A DNA stretch of 64,000 nt from Gemmatimonadota bacterium (lineage in GTDB: Bacteria > Gemmatimonadota > Gemmatimonadetes > JACCXV01 > JAHWKZ01), in NCBI GenBank assembly GCA_036556305.1, contig DATBJO010000069.1, positions 1,520 to 65,519 of the forward strand, written 5' to 3'. Shown in pieces: positions 50,229 to 58,653 of the stretch. Within the stretch, counting starts at the first letter, position 1, and each line of letters starts with the position of its first letter. Below the pieces are notes generated by a model. That model had not been told where the DNA came from. It did not search any database and worked only from the letters and a program-made list of their open reading frames with translations. The translations under genes were made by a program, and so were the position numbers.

Positions 50229-51037
50229 TGGCGGCCGCGGGACGGGCGACCGTGGCCGGCCTGTTCGTCTATCCGGTCAAGTCGTGCGGCGGGACGGCGG
50301 TCGACCGGACGGAGGTCGACGCCTTCGGCTTCCGGGACGATCGCCGCTGGATGATCGTCGACGAGCGCGGCGACTTCCTGACGCAGCGGACGGAGCCGCT
50401 CCTGGCAACGATCCGGGTCGGGCTCGACGCCGGCCGGCTCTCGTTCCGATCGCCCGGTCGGAGAGAGCTCGTCGTCGAGGCGGAGCCCCGGAACGGCGTG
50501 CCGGAGCGAGTGACCGTCTGGCGCGATACCGTCGACGCCGTGGCCGTCGACGAAGCGGCCGACGCATGGGTGTCGTCGGTCCTGGGCCGGCCGGCGCGGC
50601 TCGTCTGGATGCCTCCCGACTCCCGGCGCCCCGCCAAGCGGGATCCCGGTGACGTCGATCCGCGGATCTCGTTCGCGGACGCCTATCCGTTCCTCGTGCT
50701 TTCGCGGGAATCCTTGGACGAGCTGAACGCCCGGCTCGAGACCCCGCTCCCGATGAACCGCTTCCGGCCGAACATCGTCTTCGAGGGAGCCGGCGCGTTC
50801 GCCGAGGACCGCTGGTCGAGGTTCCGGATCGGTGCCGTCGAGTTCGACGCCGCCGGCGCGTGCGCCCGATGCGCGACGACGACGACCGATCAGGAAAACG
50901 GCGCGCGGGGCGTCGAGCCGCTCCGCACGCTGGCCACGTTCCGGCGTCGGGGCAACGAAGCGATCTTCGGACAGAACGCGGTCCATCGTGGGCGCGGCGA
51001 GATCCGGGTGGGAATGCCGGTCGAGGTGCTGCGATGA
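50228..51037 (+). CDS. MOSC-domain protein (MOSC_N beta-barrel + MOSC; YcbX-like)
   Basis: TGATG overlap with ispE. LFVYPVKSCGG, FRPNIVF, and the conserved Cys in GACARCATTT. Confidence 0.8.
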   Translation: MAAAGRATVAGLFVYPVKSCGGTAVDRTEVDAFGFRDDRRWMIVDERGDFLTQRTEPLLATIRVGLDAGRLSFRSPGRRELVVEAEPRNGVPERVTVWRDTVDAVAVDEAADAWVSSVLGRPARLVWMPPDSRRPAKRDPGDVDPRISFADAYPFLVLSRESLDELNARLETPLPMNRFRPNIVFEGAGAFAEDRWSRFRIGAVEFDAAGACARCATTTTDQENGARGVEPLRTLATFRRRGNEAIFGQNAVHRGRGEIRVGMPVEVLR

Positions 51038-52572
51038 ATCCCGATCCGCGCGACGCGATGCCCGCCAGGGAGCCCGGGCCGGTCCGCGACCTGGACTGGA
51101 GTCCCGACCGGGCCCGCGAATTCGGGGAGCGGGTGCTCGATCTGTGGATCGAGCTCCTCGAGCGGCTTCCGGAGCTTCCGGTGTCCCGCGTCCAGAGCGC
51201 CGAGGAGGTCCGGTCGGCCGTCGCGCTGCCGATCCCCGACGCGCCGATGCCGCTCGATGACCTCGTCGAACACCTCCGCGAGGTGGCCCTCGAGCGATCG
51301 ATGTACCCGGGGCACGCCGGGTTCATGGCCTACATCGTGGGCTCGGGCGCCGTGCCCGCCGCGCCCGCGGAGCTCCTCGCCGCGGGGCTCGACCAGAACC
51401 TGGGCGGCTGGCGGCTCTCGCCCGCCGCCAGCGAGATCGAGATGCACCTCATGCGCTGGTTCGCGGAGTCGTTCGGCCTGCCGCCCGGCTCGGGCGGCCT
51501 CATGACCTCGGGCGGAGCGATGGCCGCGTTCGTGGCGCTCAAGGCTGCGCGCGACGCGCGGTCCGGCTGGAACTCGCGCGAGCACGGCGTCGCCGCGGGA
51601 CCGCCGCTCGCGATCTACGCCTCGTCGGAAGCGCACGTCGTCAACGAGCGCGCGGCCGACATGCTGGGGCTGGGAAAACGCTCCGTCCGCCAGATTCCGG
51701 TCGACGGCGAGTACCGGATGCGGGTCGACGCGCTGCGCGAGGCCATCGAAGCCGACCTCGCGGCCGACGTGCGGCCGGTCATCGTCGTCGCGACCGCGGG
51801 CACGGTCGCCACTGGAGCGATCGACCCGCTCGAGGAGATCGCCGCGGTCTGCGAGGCGCACGGTCTCTGGCTCCACGTCGACGGCGCCTACGGCGGAATC
51901 GCGGCGCTCGTGCCTTCGCTCAAGCCTGCGTTCCGCGGAATCGAGCGCGCGGACTCGATCGCGTTCGATCCGCACAAGTGGCTCTACATCCCGCCGGCGG
52001 CGGGCGCGGTCGTCGTCCGCGACACCCGGCGGCTCGTCGAGGCGTTCGAGGTCCATCCGAGCTACGTGCACGAGGACAAGGAGCGGACCCGCCGGGGCGC
52101 CGACCTGATGGAGTACGGCCCGCAGTTCTCGCGCGGGTTTCCGGGGCTCAAGGTGTGGGTCTCGCTCCTCGCGTACGGATGGAGCGCCTACGTGCGCCGG
52201 ATCGAGCACGACGTCGAGCTCGCGCGCTGGCTCCACCGGCGCGTGATCGAGCGCCCGGAGTTCGAGCCGATGGCTCCGGCGCCGCCCTTGTCGATCGCGT
52301 GCTTCCGCTACGTGCCGCCCGATCTCGCGGACGGCCCGGAGCGCGAGGCGTACCTGGACCGGCTCAACGAGCGGCTCATGACCGAGATCCAGCTCGACGG
52401 CCGCGTGTTCCCGTCGAACGCGGTCCTCGACGGGCGCTTCGTTCTCCGGGCCTGCATCGTCAACTTCCGCACGGAAGCTCCCGAGATCGAGCGGCTCCTC
52501 GACGTGGCCGCGGATCTCGGCGCCCGCCTCGACGCGGAGTTGCGCCCCGCCGGCCTCGCCGCGGCGCGATGA
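51034..52572 (+). CDS. Pyridoxal-dependent group II amino-acid decarboxylase (aromatic-L-amino-acid / diaminobutyrate decarboxylase family)
   Basis: ATGA overlap with the MOSC gene. PLP lysine motif SIAFDPHKWL. Fold-type I architecture. Confidence 0.85.
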   Translation: MNPDPRDAMPAREPGPVRDLDWSPDRAREFGERVLDLWIELLERLPELPVSRVQSAEEVRSAVALPIPDAPMPLDDLVEHLREVALERSMYPGHAGFMAYIVGSGAVPAAPAELLAAGLDQNLGGWRLSPAASEIEMHLMRWFAESFGLPPGSGGLMTSGGAMAAFVALKAARDARSGWNSREHGVAAGPPLAIYASSEAHVVNERAADMLGLGKRSVRQIPVDGEYRMRVDALREAIEADLAADVRPVIVVATAGTVATGAIDPLEEIAAVCEAHGLWLHVDGAYGGIAALVPSLKPAFRGIERADSIAFDPHKWLYIPPAAGAVVVRDTRRLVEAFEVHPSYVHEDKERTRRGADLMEYGPQFSRGFPGLKVWVSLLAYGWSAYVRRIEHDVELARWLHRRVIERPEFEPMAPAPPLSIACFRYVPPDLADGPEREAYLDRLNERLMTEIQLDGRVFPSNAVLDGRFVLRACIVNFRTEAPEIERLLDVAADLGARLDAELRPAGLAAAR

Positions 52573-53000
52573 CGGTCCGCGAAGCGCGTCTGGACGACGC
52601 AGCAGCGCTCGCGCGGCTCGCGACCGAGCTCGGATATCCGACGACCGTCGAGGAGGCGTCGCGCCGCGCGGCGGACGTCCTCGCCCGGCCCGGCCACGCG
52701 GTCTTCGTGGCCGAGGTCGAGGGCGAGGTCGCCGGATGGATCCACGTCGTCGAGAGCGTCACGCTCGAGTCCGACCGCTCGGCGGAGATCGGGGGCCTCG
52801 TCGTGGGCGATGCGCACCGCGGGGTCGGGATCGGCGCCCGCCTCGTGGCCGAGGCGGAGCGGTGGGCGGGGTCTCGGGGCTACCGGCTCCTTCGGGTCCG
52901 CAGCAACGTCACGCGCGTCCGCGCGCGGCGCTTCTACGAGCGCGAGGGGTTCGCGGTGACGAAGAGCCAGAACCACTTCGTCAAGCCGCTCGCCACCTGA
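52569..53000 (+). CDS. GNAT-family N-acetyltransferase
   Basis: ATGA overlap with the decarboxylase. Acetyl-CoA binding loop HRGVGIGARL. Confidence 0.8.
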   Translation: MTVREARLDDAAALARLATELGYPTTVEEASRRAADVLARPGHAVFVAEVEGEVAGWIHVVESVTLESDRSAEIGGLVVGDAHRGVGIGARLVAEAERWAGSRGYRLLRVRSNVTRVRARRFYEREGFAVTKSQNHFVKPLAT

Positions 53001-53048
53001 CCTGGAACCTCGTAAGTTCTTCGCGGGTTTGGTTTTCTTGCCCTCGGT

Positions 53049-53122
53049 TGGGCCCTAGTTCAACGGCAGAACATCGGCCTTTGGAGCCGAGAATCCGGGT
53101 TCGAATCCCGGGGGCCCAACCA
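53049..53122 (+). tRNA. tRNA-Gln (anticodon UUG)
   Basis: Folded by hand. Acceptor stem tgggccc/gggccca (U1:A72). D-stem gttc/gaac. Anticodon stem tcggc/gccga with loop cTTTGga. T-arm ccggg-ttcgaat-cccgg. Discriminator A plus encoded CCA. 74 nt. Confidence 0.8.
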
Positions 53123-53322
53123 GACCTTGCGCTTCCGGTCACTCCGGGGGTCGCGGAGGACCCGGTGACGACCCAGGCCTGCGGCGTGTAGCGCCGCCCC
53201 CCGGGCTCGCCGCGATCCGGTCGGCTCGGCCCTTCCGGTGCGGATCTTGCCGCATCTCCGAGTCGACAGGGTCGCCGCGACGTGGACGGGGAGGGGGAGC
53301 CCCCGCATATCGTGACAAACAT

Positions 53323-53817
53323 ATGCATTTAAGATCAATCCTCCCGATCCTCGTCTCGCTCGTCCTGCCAGGGCTTCTCTCGGGTTGCGACGGCAATCCG
53401 TTCGATCAAGGCGGGGAGAACGTCAGCGGTCGGTGGATCTATCGCGCGACCGAGCTCCGCGGCACCGAGGTCGTCTGCACGACGACGGACGTCGTCCTGA
53501 CGCTCGTCCGGACGCCCGGATCCCTCAACCTCGATGCGCGGTTCGACGGCTCCGCGTTCCCCTTCCAGGTCGAATGCGTCCAGGGCGACCGGACGGCGAC
53601 GCTCCTCTTCACGGAGGGGACGACGGTCGTCAACGGGGAGATCGAAGCCGGGGTCGTGGCGTTCGATTTCGAGAAGCCGGACTTCATCCACACCGGAACG
53701 GTGGTCGACGGATCGATGAGCGGGACGGTCGCGACGCGCCTCGACCTCAGCCAGTCCCCGCTGTCGCAGGTCGGCGTCGTCAATCTGGTCGGCCAGTGGG
53801 AGGCCGTGAAGGACTGA
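53323..53817 (+). CDS. Hypothetical lipoprotein
   Basis: 164 aa. Lipobox LLSGC. Preceded by an AT-rich stretch (atatcgtgacaaacatatgcatttaag). Confidence 0.5.
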   Translation: MHLRSILPILVSLVLPGLLSGCDGNPFDQGGENVSGRWIYRATELRGTEVVCTTTDVVLTLVRTPGSLNLDARFDGSAFPFQVECVQGDRTATLLFTEGTTVVNGEIEAGVVAFDFEKPDFIHTGTVVDGSMSGTVATRLDLSQSPLSQVGVVNLVGQWEAVKD

Positions 53818-53912
53818 CCGGTTAACCCCTCCGCTATCCCGTTCGTATCCATCCGCTGAAGAGATGCCCGTCACCCCGACGGTCCCTCGAACCTCGTCAT
53901 CGGAGCGCTCTC

Positions 53913-54344
53913 ATGAAGCCATGGATCGTCCTCGCGTTCGCGACCGCAACCGCCTCGCTGGCGTCGACCGGGGCGCATGCCCAGGACGCGCCGGTCGACT
54001 CCCTGGCGCTGGCCCGCCAGTACACCGACTGGCTTCTCATCGGCCAGGCGGACAGCCTGCTCGCGCACAGCGTCGAGGGGACGAGCACCCGGGACGAGTA
54101 CGCCGATCTCAGCCGGCTGATCGCGGAGCGGGCGGGGTTCGAGCTCGAGGTCAGCGAAGAGACGTGGAAGCTGAGAAACGGGGACTGCCAGTACTGGCGG
54201 ACCTCGCAGTTCTCGGCGATCGACGAGCCGCTCCTGATCCGCTGGGTGATCGACCGCGAGGGTCGGATCGCGGGGATCGGCGCGGGACCCCTCTCGCAGG
54301 CGCCGGAGATCGAATCGGAGACGTGCGGGGCGCCGACGGGCTGA
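53913..54344 (+). CDS. Hypothetical secreted protein
   Basis: 143 aa. Signal peptide MKPWIVLAFATATASLASTGAHAQ. Confidence 0.5.
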   Translation: MKPWIVLAFATATASLASTGAHAQDAPVDSLALARQYTDWLLIGQADSLLAHSVEGTSTRDEYADLSRLIAERAGFELEVSEETWKLRNGDCQYWRTSQFSAIDEPLLIRWVIDREGRIAGIGAGPLSQAPEIESETCGAPTG

Positions 54345-54351
54345 GCCGCCT

Positions 54352-55095
54352 TCAGGGGTCGGGCAGCGCGTAGCGGACCCGCAGCCACTCGTGCGCGGCG
54401 AGGGCGAGGAGACAGGCGCCGAGGAGGGCCGTCATCCAGGGTCGGGCCGGGACCGGGCCCCGGATGGCCGCGGCGTGAACGAGACCGCCGCCGATCAGGA
54501 GCGGCACGATCCCGCGCGCGGCGTCGGCCGCGCGAACGACGGAGCTCACCAGAACGGAGGTCGCCGCCGGCAGCTCCAGCGACCGCGCGTCCAGGCTCGG
54601 CTCACGGGGTCGCCCGAGCCTCAGGACGGCGCGGAGGACGAGTCCCGCTCCGATCGCGCCCACGAGGATCGGACCGCGCGGGCGGGCCATGACCTCGACC
54701 ATGCGCGCGCCGGGCCGGCTCCCGACCTCGCCTCCGCTCTCCAAGAGAAGCCTGATCGCGAACACCGTCAGGGCGGCGTAGATCGCGGCGCTCAGCAGAT
54801 TGAGCGCGCGCCGGCCCCATCCGGCGCCGCCGGTCCCCAGGATCGCCTGGACGAGTCGCCAGAGGACGTACGCGCCGAGCCCCGCGGCGAGGATCGCGAC
54901 GAGCGCCGTTCCCGGCGCGGTGCTCGCGATCGCGCGGATCGCCTCCCGACCGCTACCGGCGCCCGCCCCGCCCTCGAGCGACCGCCACAGGGCGAGGGTG
55001 CCGGCGGAAGCGAAGACGGTCCCCTTCGCCGCATGCCCGATCCGCGCAACGGACTCGAGCCAGGCCGGCCCGTCGGCGTCGTGCGAGGCGATCAT
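54352..55095 (-). CDS. DUF1206-like membrane protein
   Basis: 247 aa. The repeated W...R.G...KG...G.LA motif pairs are typical of DUF1206. Confidence 0.55.
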   Translation of the reverse strand: MIASHDADGPAWLESVARIGHAAKGTVFASAGTLALWRSLEGGAGAGSGREAIRAIASTAPGTALVAILAAGLGAYVLWRLVQAILGTGGAGWGRRALNLLSAAIYAALTVFAIRLLLESGGEVGSRPGARMVEVMARPRGPILVGAIGAGLVLRAVLRLGRPREPSLDARSLELPAATSVLVSSVVRAADAARGIVPLLIGGGLVHAAAIRGPVPARPWMTALLGACLLALAAHEWLRVRYALPDP

Positions 55096-55591
55096 GCGCC
55101 GGCTACCTTACGCCACCCCCATGAGGCCCGGCATCTGGATCGCGCGCGCTCTCGCCCTCGTCGGCTTCGCCGACGCGGCGTACCTGACCGCGACGCACTT
55201 CGCCGGCGCGCCGGTCTTCTGCGGCGCGTCGGGCGGCTGCGAGACCGTTCTGACGAGCGATTTCGCCACACTGGGCACGATACCGATCGCCCTGATCGGG
55301 GCCGTCTACTACGCAATCGCGAGCCTGATCGCGTGGACCCCGACGTCTTCGTGGTCGGGCAGGACCGCCGCCCTCCTGGCCGGCCTCTCCGGACTCGCCC
55401 TCGTCGTCAGCGGGATCCTGTTCTGGATCCAGGCCGCCGTTCTCGACGCCTGGTGCCGGTTCTGCCTGGTCTCCGCGGCGATCACGCTCCTTCTCTTCGC
55501 GAGCGCGGTCGGGCTCGTCGGGCTCGCCGCCCGCGATCGAGCGGAGCCGGAGAGCAAGCCACGCCGAACCGCCGGGTCGCGCCGGCTCTAG
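55094..55591 (+). CDS. Vitamin K epoxide reductase (VKOR)-family membrane protein
   Basis: CGASGGCETV (CXXXXC) and CRFC (CXXC) active-site pairs within TM helices. The start may be 55121. Confidence 0.75.
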   Translation: MRRLPYATPMRPGIWIARALALVGFADAAYLTATHFAGAPVFCGASGGCETVLTSDFATLGTIPIALIGAVYYAIASLIAWTPTSSWSGRTAALLAGLSGLALVVSGILFWIQAAVLDAWCRFCLVSAAITLLLFASAVGLVGLAARDRAEPESKPRRTAGSRRL

Positions 55592-56700
55592 TTCCCTTCG
55601 GGGAACAGGATCGCGCGGTCCTCGCGCCTCGCGGGCCCGCCAGCGCCGGCCACCGCGAAGCGCCCGGGACCGTAGATCGATCCCGAGCCGTATTCTCCGT
55701 CCTTGTTGAGGGCGTAGAACGCGACGTTGAAATCCGGCCGGCCGTCCGGCCGCTGGAGCCGCTTCTCGATGTTGTTCTCGACGATCCTCCGGCATCCCGA
55801 GAGGCACGCTTCCGAGGGCGAGAGTCCGCGACGCATTTCCTCGACGACCAGGAACGACGTCAGGTTGAGGAGGTTCGCCTCTCCGCGACCCGTCGACCCG
55901 GCGGCTCCGACGTCGTTGTCGACGTAGAGGCCCGCGCCGACGATCGGCGAGTCTCCGACGCGTCCGGGGATCTTGAAGAACAGGCCCGACGTCGTCGTCA
56001 CGCCGGAGATGCTCCCGGCCGCATCGATCGCGCAGCAGTTGATCGTCCCGGTGGGCCGCCTCTGCTCGGGATAGAAAAGCTCGGGATTGCTCTCGATGAT
56101 CTGCTGCGCCTGGGGGGTGAAAGCCGACGTGTCGGGCGGAAGGTAGTCGTCGGTCTCGCTCAGAGTGCCCCGCCAGTAAAGCCACACCTGCCGCGAGGTT
56201 TCGGTGAGCAGGTTCTCCTCGACGAACCCGTTCTCGAGTGCGAACGCCTTGGCGCCGGCGCCCACCAGGAGAACGTGATCGGTCTGCTCCAGGACGAGCC
56301 GGGCCACTCTCGAGGGATGCTTGATTCCTTCGAGCGCCGCGACTCCGCCCGCGCGGTGGGTCGGGCCGTGCATGCAGCAGGAATCGAGCTGGACGACGCC
56401 GAGCGCATTGGGGAGCCCGCCGTACCCGACGGTATAGTCCTCGGGATCCTCCTCCACGAGGTTCACCCCGGCGATGACGGCATCCAGCGGGTCGCCGCCC
56501 TCCTGGATGACCTCGAGCGCTCTCGCGACGGCGCTCTGCCCGTTGCCGCTCGCCACGACGACGGGAGCGGCGGGTCGCCGCGTCGCCCGTCGCACCGGTC
56601 GCAGGGCGGCGCGTGCCGCCGCCGCGGGGCCCAGTGACCCCGCCAGCACTCCGGCCGCGGCGCCCCCCGCGAGGAAATCGCGTCGACTGAGTCCGCCCAT
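55588..56700 (-). CDS. Tat-secreted N4-(beta-N-acetylglucosaminyl)-L-asparaginase / isoaspartyl-peptidase-type Ntn hydrolase
   Basis: Twin-arginine motif SRRDFLAGG. The autoproteolytic nucleophile context GTINCCAID and Ntn asparaginase motifs. Confidence 0.8.
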   Translation of the reverse strand: MGGLSRRDFLAGGAAAGVLAGSLGPAAAARAALRPVRRATRRPAAPVVVASGNGQSAVARALEVIQEGGDPLDAVIAGVNLVEEDPEDYTVGYGGLPNALGVVQLDSCCMHGPTHRAGGVAALEGIKHPSRVARLVLEQTDHVLLVGAGAKAFALENGFVEENLLTETSRQVWLYWRGTLSETDDYLPPDTSAFTPQAQQIIESNPELFYPEQRRPTGTINCCAIDAAGSISGVTTTSGLFFKIPGRVGDSPIVGAGLYVDNDVGAAGSTGRGEANLLNLTSFLVVEEMRRGLSPSEACLSGCRRIVENNIEKRLQRPDGRPDFNVAFYALNKDGEYGSGSIYGPGRFAVAGAGGPARREDRAILFPEGN

Positions 56701-56804
56701 CGTTCCTCCTGTCGAGGTTCAATTAGCCTTACGGGATCCTCATCCGGATCGTAGGTTAGCGACTAATCCTGGACTCGGCGCTCGATCAACGCAAGGAGCG
56801 GGAC

Positions 56805-58136
56805 GTGGGACAGAGCGAGCCGGCGGGCGCTTCGGCGCTGTCATTCCGCTTCCTTCTGAGCCAGGTGTGGGGCGAGCCGTGGGATCTCAAGCTGAGCGCG
56901 GACGAGATGGCCCTGCGGCGCGACGAGCGCGTCCGGTCGATCGTGCGGTTCGCCTTCGAGCAGGTTCCCTGGTACCGGCGGGCGATGCGGGATCGCGACC
57001 TCGGGCCGGACGATTTCCGGACCGCTGACGATCTCGCGCTGCTGCCGGTCGCGGGTCACGCGGACCTGACTTCGGATCCGGCCGCTTTCCTGCCCCGAAA
57101 CGCGAACCGGGAAGACCTGCTCGAGCTCCGGACGAGCGGGACCACGATGCAGGCGCGCAGCATCTACCACGACTCGGAAGGGATGATCGCCGGCTGGGCG
57201 GTCAAGCTGCGTGAGCGCGCGGTCCGCCAGCATATCGTCGGCGTGCCCGGCTATCGCTCGGCATCCCTGTCGCTCGACGGGAATCCGACTCGTGTCCGGG
57301 ACCGCTTTCGCATCATCGCCCCGCAGATCTGGAAGCTCATCCCCGAGGGGCGGAGGTACTCCGTCTTCGAGGATTGCGAGAAGGTCGTCGAGGGACTCCG
57401 CGAGTGGAGGCCGCTCCATCTGTCGGGGTACGGCTCGGCCATCGGGCGGCTGTTCCGCTATCTGGCCGAGACGGGAGAGTCGATGCCGCTGCCGCGACTC
57501 GTGACGTTCAGCTCGGACGCCATGGCGCCGGCCGAGCGACGCATCATCGAAGAGGACTTCGGGATCCCGGTCCTCGGGATCTACAGCGCCACCGAAGCCT
57601 TCTCGATCGGCTTCGAATGCGGGGAAGGGGAGGGCTATCACGTCAACGAGGACGTGACCGTCGTGCGCGTCGTCGATCCCCACGGTCGGGACGCCGAGCC
57701 GGGCGAGGCCGGCTCGATCATCGTCTCCAACCTTGTCAACAGAGGCACGGTCCTCCTCAACTACCCTCTGGGCGACATCGGCTCGCCGGTGGCGGGCGCC
57801 TGCCCGTGCGGCCGGGCGCTGCCCCGCATCCGCCTCCTCACCGGACGCGACACGACGTGGATCGCGCGCGAGGGCGCGCTTCCCATTCATCAGTACCGCC
57901 TCTTCCGCTGCCTCCAGGCGCTCGGGCTGGACCTCTTTCAGACCGTTCAGACCGACGTGAGGACGTTCACCGTGCGCATCGTCCCGATGCCCGGTCAGGA
58001 TCGCCCGACGATGGAATCCGCGATCCGGACTGCGATGATCGACCTCATCGGCCCGCATCTGGATATCTCGTTCGAGTACCCGCTACGGCTCGAGCCCACG
58101 AAGAGCGGCAAGATCATGTCTTTCATCCGGCGCTGA
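56805..58136 (+). CDS. Phenylacetate-CoA ligase-like (PaaK / coenzyme F390 synthetase family) adenylate-forming enzyme
   Basis: GTG start with an AAGGAG RBS. TSGTT P-loop-like motif, YSATE, and a PaaK-like C-terminal domain. Confidence 0.75.
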   Translation: MGQSEPAGASALSFRFLLSQVWGEPWDLKLSADEMALRRDERVRSIVRFAFEQVPWYRRAMRDRDLGPDDFRTADDLALLPVAGHADLTSDPAAFLPRNANREDLLELRTSGTTMQARSIYHDSEGMIAGWAVKLRERAVRQHIVGVPGYRSASLSLDGNPTRVRDRFRIIAPQIWKLIPEGRRYSVFEDCEKVVEGLREWRPLHLSGYGSAIGRLFRYLAETGESMPLPRLVTFSSDAMAPAERRIIEEDFGIPVLGIYSATEAFSIGFECGEGEGYHVNEDVTVVRVVDPHGRDAEPGEAGSIIVSNLVNRGTVLLNYPLGDIGSPVAGACPCGRALPRIRLLTGRDTTWIAREGALPIHQYRLFRCLQALGLDLFQTVQTDVRTFTVRIVPMPGQDRPTMESAIRTAMIDLIGPHLDISFEYPLRLEPTKSGKIMSFIRR

Positions 58137-58228
58137 TGTCGACTCGGAGCGGACCCGTCCAGGGGCCGCGAATCGTGAGCGACGAGGCGAAGCGAAAGTC
58201 GAGCCAGGGCCTGGAAACCGGCCCCCGG

Positions 58229-58612
58229 TCATTCCCCTCCCGACACCTCCGTGTCGGGAGCATCGTTCTGCTGCTCCGAGACCACGACCAGCGAATCGAG
58301 GTTCACGTCGACCACCCCGGGCGCGGACATCACGACCTCGCGGGCGATCGACATCTCCATGCGCGACGGGACTTCCCCGTGCAGGCTGACGATGCCCTCG
58401 TCGCTCGTCACCCGGAGGTCGATCCCTTCCGCGTCGAGTCGAGGATCCGCGTCGAGACGGGTCTGGATCTCGCGCTCGATCGTCGAGTCGGGAACCGCCA
58501 TCACGTTCTCGCCCTGCGGGGCCTCTTCGGGAGCGGGCTCTTCTCCTCCGCCGCATGCCGCGGCGATGGCGAGTCCGAGCAGCAGGGCCAGGATCGTCTT
58601 GCCGTGCCTCAT
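58229..58612 (-). CDS. BON-domain lipoprotein
   Basis: Internal start MRHGKTILALLLGLAIAAAC with a GGAGGA RBS, followed by a BON domain (VTSDEGIVSLHGEVPS...). Confidence 0.65.
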   Translation of the reverse strand: MRHGKTILALLLGLAIAAACGGGEEPAPEEAPQGENVMAVPDSTIEREIQTRLDADPRLDAEGIDLRVTSDEGIVSLHGEVPSRMEMSIAREVVMSAPGVVDVNLDSLVVVSEQQNDAPDTEVSGGE

Positions 58613-58653
58613 CGTCTTCCTCCGTATCGTGGAGTTAGAGGAGTGGATCGCCG

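Noticed and set aside
58137-58228. Short hairpin gggcc-tggaaacc-ggccc between the convergent paaK-like and BON genes
   Set aside because: Only a 5-bp stem, which is insufficient evidence for a terminator.
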